NCBI GenBank assembly: GCA_934778205.1
Contig: CAKVOD010000002.1
Coordinates: 141,564 to 205,563, forward strand
Reading direction: 5' to 3'
From: an uncultured Clostridia bacterium
GTDB taxonomy: Bacteria > Bacillota > Clostridia > Christensenellales > UBA1242
DNA: 64,000 bases
Below are positions 59,506-64,000 of this stretch, in pieces (position 1 is the first letter of the stretch; each line of letters opens with the position of its first letter). A program made the position numbers and the translations under genes. The notes beneath the pieces were generated by a model. It did no database searches, was not told the origin of the DNA, and saw only the letters and a program-made list of their open reading frames with translations.

Positions 59506-60387
59506 ATGAGATTTAACAAGAAATGCTGTTGCCCTTATTGTTGCGAAGGCACAGTAAAACCAAAAACAATTATGCGTACAGTCTATACGGGTATAACGGG
59601 TCCAACTGGCGCAACTGGAGCTACGGGTCCAACTGGCGCGACAGGTGCCACGGGTGCAGTTGGCAACACAGGGCTTGCTGAAACAATAACACTCGGCAAT
59701 GTCTATATGGTCGAACCAAACTCACGCGCACGTGTCGTTGACAATCATCAAAACTTGAATCATACTTTCGATTTCTTCTTACCGCGCGGAGCAGATGGTT
59801 TTAACGGTCGTGACGGCAACGACGGACGCAATGGCGTCGACGGCAAAACTGGTGCAACAGGACCAACTGGTCCAACTGGCGCGACAGGACCTGAGAAAAT
59901 CCCTGTTGTTTATTTTATTTCAACGAGTAAACAATATCCTGAGTATGGACTGCAAATCGGCTCAAAAAGGCGACTGCCACTTGAGCGCAAGGAATTCGAC
60001 AACACAAACATTTGTGTACTAGATGCCGATGAAAACACCATTCAGTTTAATAAAACTGGTTCGTACAAAGTCGAGTTTGTCGTAAACGCTTACACACCAT
60101 ATTCGGGCTCGATTTTTAATCCTGGTACTGATTTTATATCCGTTGGCTTTAGACGCGTCGGAACGGAGATAGTTTTTGCAGGTCAAAGCAGTTTTAATTA
60201 CGACCAACAACCTATTCAACTCAGCGCACACGGAGTAATCATCGTAAATAGCATTGCCGAGCCATTTGAACTCGTGAACCTTTCGTCACAAAGCATATTT
60301 TTGAAATGTCCAAAACAAGAAAACACTGCGACAATCTCGCACTTTGTTTGCCCGAGTGTCACAGTGGTAATCACATATTTAGGATAA
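59506..60387 (+). CDS. collagen-like triple-helix repeat protein with a Cys-rich N-terminus and a globular C-terminal domain
   Basis: Two GXY tracts (10 triplets at 59590-59679, 12 triplets at 59788-59895; GPT/GAT-rich). N-terminal [12 protein letters not shown] ~160-aa beta-rich C-terminal domain. Confidence 0.8.
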   Translation: MRFNKKCCCPYCCEGTVKPKTIMRTVYTGITGPTGATGATGPTGATGATGAVGNTGLAETITLGNVYMVEPNSRARVVDNHQNLNHTFDFFLPRGADGFNGRDGNDGRNGVDGKTGATGPTGPTGATGPEKIPVVYFISTSKQYPEYGLQIGSKRRLPLERKEFDNTNICVLDADENTIQFNKTGSYKVEFVVNAYTPYSGSIFNPGTDFISVGFRRVGTEIVFAGQSSFNYDQQPIQLSAHGVIIVNSIAEPFELVNLSSQSIFLKCPKQENTATISHFVCPSVTVVITYLG

Positions 60388-60410
60388 AAGTGGCAAATGC
60401 CACTTTTTTA
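60387..60410 (+). terminator. Rho-independent terminator after the collagen-like gene
   Basis: aagtggc-aaat-gccactt stem followed by TTTTT. Confidence 0.6.
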
Positions 60411-60501
60411 TATATTAGTTTTGTTCATTGCTTAAATTTTTAACTATCATAGTAAAATTAAAGTCTATTTCGATGTCAACAAATTATCTTTGTAAATATT
60501 G

Positions 60502-61254
60502 CTAACTATTCTTTTCTGCTTCTGCAATTGCGTTGAGCGCAAATTCAAGTTGTTGTTCCGTTTCACAAACAATAATTGTTCCATCATTTAGTGTTTTGCA
60601 AATTTTACCAGCATTTTTGCACGCACAAAGCCCAGCACAATAGTCCCACATCAATTTTTCATTGCAAAATATTGCATTCGCTCCTCTCAAAAGCGCCAAC
60701 GAAAAAGACACGGATGAAGCACCATAATTTCTTACACCAAGAACTTGGGGGGATAAAATATCAGCAACTTGCCATTTTTTCCTCGCCCCTTCTAATAACC
60801 AAAACGAATGCTTGATGTCCGCACAATACCCTTTGTGTATTTTTTCCCCATTTATAAATGTTCCCTTATCTTTTGAAGATACGACTTGAATTTTTAATTT
60901 GGGCAAGTACACAACGCTTGCAACTGGGTCGGTTTTATTTATAACGTAAGCGATTTGAAAACCCCAAGTTGGCAATCCATAAACAAAATTTTTTGTTCCA
61001 TCAATCGGGTCAAGAAAAAATGCGTCATTTTCGACAACAGTGTTTGGGAGTGTTTCTTCACTAACTATGGGAATATTTGGATACTTTTGTTTGATAACAC
61101 CTATGCAATGTTGTTCGACTAATCTGTCCACATCTGTGACGATATCAAATTCTCCCTTATCAAACACTTCATATTGTTTGTTGTTGTTTATAATTGTTTC
61201 AGCGTCTGATGCTAATCCTTTCATCATTAGAATAATATCATCAAGATTTTCCAT
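60502..61254 (-). CDS. inositol monophosphatase family protein
   Basis: VSEE...LDPIDGTKNF...WDYCAG motifs. Confidence 0.85.
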   Translation of the reverse strand: MENLDDIILMMKGLASDAETIINNNKQYEVFDKGEFDIVTDVDRLVEQHCIGVIKQKYPNIPIVSEETLPNTVVENDAFFLDPIDGTKNFVYGLPTWGFQIAYVINKTDPVASVVYLPKLKIQVVSSKDKGTFINGEKIHKGYCADIKHSFWLLEGARKKWQVADILSPQVLGVRNYGASSVSFSLALLRGANAIFCNEKLMWDYCAGLCACKNAGKICKTLNDGTIIVCETEQQLEFALNAIAEAEKNS

Positions 61255-61375
61255 TTATTTTTTCATAACCCCTTTCTAAATACTATTTATTAGTTTATCA
61301 TAAAAAAACGAAATTTTACTCATATTTAATAAAAAATTATTAGAATCTATATTTATTCCAAAATGTCCACTACAA

Positions 61376-61410
61376 AAAATCCGAACTCACTTTTACAATG
61401 GTTCGGATTA
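61376..61410 (-). terminator. Rho-independent terminator of the 7-tRNA operon
   Basis: aatccgaac...gttcggatt stem with a T-run on the minus strand. Confidence 0.55.
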
Positions 61411-61418
61411 TTCTTGAA

Positions 61419-61503
61419 TGGTGCGCATAGAGGGACTTGAACCCCCACGTCGTAAAACACTAGATCCTAAGTCTAGCGCGTCTGCCAATTCCGCCATATG
61501 CGC
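61419..61503 (-). tRNA. tRNA-Leu (anticodon UAG), CCA encoded
   Basis: Reverse complement gcgcatatggcggaattggcagacgc...cuUAGga..., long variable arm, GGTTCAAGTCC, cca. Confidence 0.85.
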
Positions 61504-61507
61504 ATAC

Positions 61508-61582
61508 TGGCTGGGGTGGCTGGATTCGAACCAACGCATGTGAGGGTCAGAGTCTCATGCCTTACCGCTTGGCGACACCCCA
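61508..61582 (-). tRNA. tRNA-Gln (anticodon CUG), CCA encoded
   Basis: Reverse complement tggggtgtcgccaagcggtaaggc...cuCUGac...GGTTCGAATCC...cca. Confidence 0.8.
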
Positions 61583-61620
61583 GTGCTCGGCAAATCTTTG
61601 CCAGCCGTTCATAAAAAAAA

Positions 61621-61696
61621 TGGTGACCCATCCGAGGCTCGAACTCGGGACAACTTGATTAAAAGTCAAGTGCTCTACCTACTGAGCTAATGAGTC
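61621..61696 (-). tRNA. tRNA-Lys (anticodon UUU), CCA encoded
   Basis: Reverse complement gactcattagctcagtaggtagagc...cuUUUaa...GTTCGAGCC...cca. Confidence 0.85.
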
Positions 61697-61720
61697 ATTC
61701 ACTCTTGCTTTCGCAAGAAT

Positions 61721-61795
61721 TGGCTGGGGTGGCTGGATTCGAACCAACGCATGCGAGAGTCAAAGTCTCGTGCCTTACCGCTTGGCGACACCCCA
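61721..61795 (-). tRNA. tRNA-Gln (anticodon UUG), CCA encoded
   Basis: Same acceptor, D and T arms as the 61508-61582 copy; anticodon loop cuUUGac. Confidence 0.85.
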
Positions 61796-61828
61796 ATATT
61801 AAAAAATAAAAAGAAATAATAAATTATG

Positions 61829-61906
61829 TGGGGTGGGTGATGAGTCTCGAACTCACGACCTCTAGAGTCACAGTCTAGCGCTCTAACCAACTGAGCTACA
61901 CCCACC
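61829..61906 (-). tRNA. tRNA-His (anticodon GUG) with encoded G-1 and CCA
   Basis: Reverse complement g-gtgggtgtagctcagttggttagagc...cuGUGac...GTTCGAGAC...cacccac-c-cca. The extra 5' G opposite C73 is the His identity element. Confidence 0.85.
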
Positions 61907-61910
61907 AAAA

Positions 61911-61986
61911 TGGTACGCCTGAAGGGATTCGAACCCCTGACCCACGCCTTAGAAGGGCGTTGCTCTTCCAGCTGAGCTACAGACGC
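61911..61986 (-). tRNA. tRNA-Arg (anticodon UCU), CCA encoded
   Basis: Reverse complement gcgtctgtagctcagctggaagagc...cuUCUaa...GGTTCGAATCC...cca. Confidence 0.85.
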
Positions 61987-62007
61987 TTGCTGAAACATAA
62001 TTTATAG

Positions 62008-62081
62008 TGGAGCGGGTGATGGGAATCGGACCCACGCGACCAGCTTGGAAGGCTGGGGCTCTACCATTGAGCTACACCCGC
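62008..62081 (-). tRNA. tRNA-Gly (anticodon UCC), CCA encoded
   Basis: Reverse complement gcgggtgtagctcaatggtagagc...cuUCCaa...GGTCCGATTCC...cca. Confidence 0.85.
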
Positions 62082-62107
62082 ATTTCCCTTACGGTCAACG
62101 CTTTCAT

Positions 62108-62136
62108 ATGATAGCACAAATATTTTTTATTGTCAA
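62108..62136 (-). promoter_or_regulatory. sigma-70-type promoter for the 7-tRNA operon
   Basis: Minus strand: TTGACA, 17-bp spacer, TATCAT, about 25 nt upstream of tRNA-Gly. Confidence 0.45.
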
Positions 62137-62340
62137 CAATTTTTCTACTATTTTTTACTCTTTTTTCAAATTTTTTGTAGTTTTTACCCTTTTATTTTTG
62201 CAAATTAGGATATTTTTTGTGCGTTTTGACGTATTTCCCCCCACTTTTTATAAACGCTTATGCAAAAAATTCATTTTTTTAAAATTGTTTTATATCAAAT
62301 GCAAGCATTTATCATTTATATATTCAAAAAGCAATTTAAA

Positions 62341-62814
62341 TCAAATAACTTGAAAAATTTTTGTCGTAACAACATCATCTTCAATGAAAATCATACCAAA
62401 TGTATTGTTTTTTAAAGCGCCCTTGCCAAGACTCCCCGGATTGAGAACTATGATTCCATTTTCAAGACGCGTTTGAAAAGGTATGTGCGTATGCCCAAAA
62501 ACGACTATATTAGCACCCATTTCAGTTGCTTTTTCAAATAGTTTTCCCATTCCCATTTTGACCCCATAGCAATGTCCGTGCGTCATAAAAATCTTTTTGC
62601 CAGCCATTTCAAGCAACAAATCGTCGTCAAAATTAATGTCGCCGTCACAATTCCCTTTGACAATAAATAATTTGTCTTTGATTTTTTTACTAAAGTTCAA
62701 AATATCTGCAACATAGTCGCCCAAAAACAAAACAAAGTCATATTCGACCTCATTGAGTATTTTCTTCAAATTAAGTAGATTCTTATGAGAATCAGACAAA
62801 ACTAAAATCTTCAT
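62341..62814 (-). CDS. YfcE/MJ0936-type metallophosphoesterase
   Basis: LSDSH, GDY, GNCD, HGH and GHTH metal-binding blocks. Confidence 0.85.
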   Translation of the reverse strand: MKILVLSDSHKNLLNLKKILNEVEYDFVLFLGDYVADILNFSKKIKDKLFIVKGNCDGDINFDDDLLLEMAGKKIFMTHGHCYGVKMGMGKLFEKATEMGANIVVFGHTHIPFQTRLENGIIVLNPGSLGKGALKNNTFGMIFIEDDVVTTKIFQVI

Positions 62815-63052
62815 ACTTTTATTATATCATATTCTGTTAGCAATTCAAAGTATTTTTTAAAATTAAATTAATCATATTTATAGATGTTAATTCCCAAAGT
62901 AAATTTCATAGTGAATAAAAGCGCAAATTAACTTCGTAAGTTTAAAACTTTCATACTACTTTCACATAGAAATTGAAAAAAATCTATTAAGCAAACGACC
63001 GCAACCGACTAATGTATTTTGAAAACAAAAAAAGGCCACAACCTGTAGCCTT

Positions 63053-63289
63053 TTACCAATAGTATACATAGAATACGCAAACTCCTATGCACAATAAAAA
63101 GAGTAAAAACATTCCTGTTTTAAATGGGAAAAGTTTTTTATCTTTTAGCACAATTGCTTTTGCAAAGCACCACATTCCAATTGCAAAGCACGCAAGACAA
63201 ATAAGCGCTTTCCAAAAGTCTGGAACTTGGCGCACGACGGTGTTGACAAAGGTATTATATGTGTCCAAAAGCGTTGCCAAACAAAACAT
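63053..63289 (-). CDS. small hypothetical membrane protein (2 TM helices, 78 aa)
   Basis: AAGGAG SD 5 nt upstream of the ATG, two hydrophobic helices, terminator hairpin just after the stop. Confidence 0.55.
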   Translation of the reverse strand: MFCLATLLDTYNTFVNTVVRQVPDFWKALICLACFAIGMWCFAKAIVLKDKKLFPFKTGMFLLFLLCIGVCVFYVYYW

Positions 63290-63341
63290 AACTTTCTCCT
63301 TTTGTTATATTATACTACAAAAAGCGCCTGTTGTCAAGGTT

Positions 63342-64000
63342 TCAAGCCTTATCTATCATACTTTCGCTTGTCATCTCCTTTGGCTTTTTGATTTGCATCA
63401 ATTCTAGTATTGTTGGAGCAATGTTTGCAAGCGCAAAATTCCCTGTTTTGAGTTTTATATTTTTATCGCACACAATGAACGGTACTAGACTCAATGTATG
63501 TGAAGTAATGATTTTGCCGTTTTCATCAACCATCAATTCAGCATTGCCGTGGTCTGCGGTTATAATCAAGATATAATCTTTTGCGTTTTTGTAGATTGTT
63601 TTCAAACCTTTGTCAACTGCTTTGATTGCTTGTATCGTGGCTTTTAAATTCCCTGTATGTCCCACCATATCGCCATTTGCAAAATTGAGAACAATCAAAT
63701 CATACGCACCACTTTTTGAGGCGTCCGCAACGCTTTTTGCTATTTTCCTCGCTTGCATTTTAGGCGCTAAATCAAACGTTGCAACATTGTCAGATGGATG
63801 CAAAATGCGCTGTTCATTTTTGTACGGAGTTTCTCTTAGTCCATTCAAAAAATACGTCACGTGCGCATATTTCGTTGTTTCGGCAACCTTTAAAACCTTG
63901 CAACCCGCTTTTGAAACAACTTCAGTCAAGTTGTTTTTGATTTGTTGTTGTTTGAACACGCACTCAATGCCACATTTGTCTGCACGGTCACCATAACTCG
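63342..64000 (-). CDS. gpmI: 2,3-bisphosphoglycerate-independent phosphoglycerate mutase; C-terminal part, 5' end beyond the window
   Basis: NGDMVGHTG and TADHGNAE motifs. The reading frame stays open to the right window edge. Confidence 0.85.
   Translation of the reverse strand, partial: SYGDRADKCGIECVFKQQQIKNNLTEVVSKAGCKVLKVAETTKYAHVTYFLNGLRETPYKNEQRILHPSDNVATFDLAPKMQARKIAKSVADASKSGAYDLIVLNFANGDMVGHTGNLKATIQAIKAVDKGLKTIYKNAKDYILIITADHGNAELMVDENGKIITSHTLSLVPFIVCDKNIKLKTGNFALANIAPTILELMQIKKPKEMTSESMIDKA

Overview
Low-GC Firmicutes-type chromosomal segment made up almost entirely of conserved housekeeping genes: yceD-rpmF, tsaE-tsaB-rimI, rpsO-pnp, ftsK-rimO-pgsA-cinA-recA-rny, miaB-mutS-mutL-miaA, yloV-asp23/rpmB, rpoZ-priA-rlmN-rsgA-rpe, pcrA-ligA-gatCAB, rsmE-mtaB-HIT-rpsU, plus two minus-strand tRNA clusters (4 and 7 tRNAs). 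I saw no CRISPR array, IS element, prophage or recognisable defence island. The main result is architectural. Coding-strand bias converges at about 27-29 kb: 20 of 27 CDS are on + to the left, and 26 of 29 CDS plus all 11 tRNAs are on - to the right. In my manual scan the G-rich hexamer GGGCAG (one copy is GGGCAGGG, the E. coli KOPS consensus) was on the + strand in 7 of 7 cases up to 27039 and on the - strand in 11 of 11 cases from 28233 onward, including copies antisense to the local gene. The flip falls in an 810-bp AT-rich gene desert directly upstream of a 356-aa XerS-like tyrosine recombinase that appears to be leaderless. This looks like the replication terminus with a recombinase-adjacent dif module, and I list candidate core sites. 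Other items worth a second look: a ~52-bp double-palindrome promoter/operator cassette present twice (upstream of pnp, and between a 640-aa membrane-anchored PadR-like protein and a YgjP-like metallopeptidase); an unannotated 42-aa six-cysteine, Lys/Ser/Thr-rich peptide gene with a strong SD, its own terminator, a ~110-nt structured leader and a sigmaG-like promoter; a Cys-capped collagen-like (GXT) protein on the opposite strand to its neighbours; and a MurF-type ligase fused to an N-terminal polytopic membrane domain. All calls come from reading the sequence and the supplied translations. No database searches were run, and coordinates of non-ORF features may be off by 1-2 nt.
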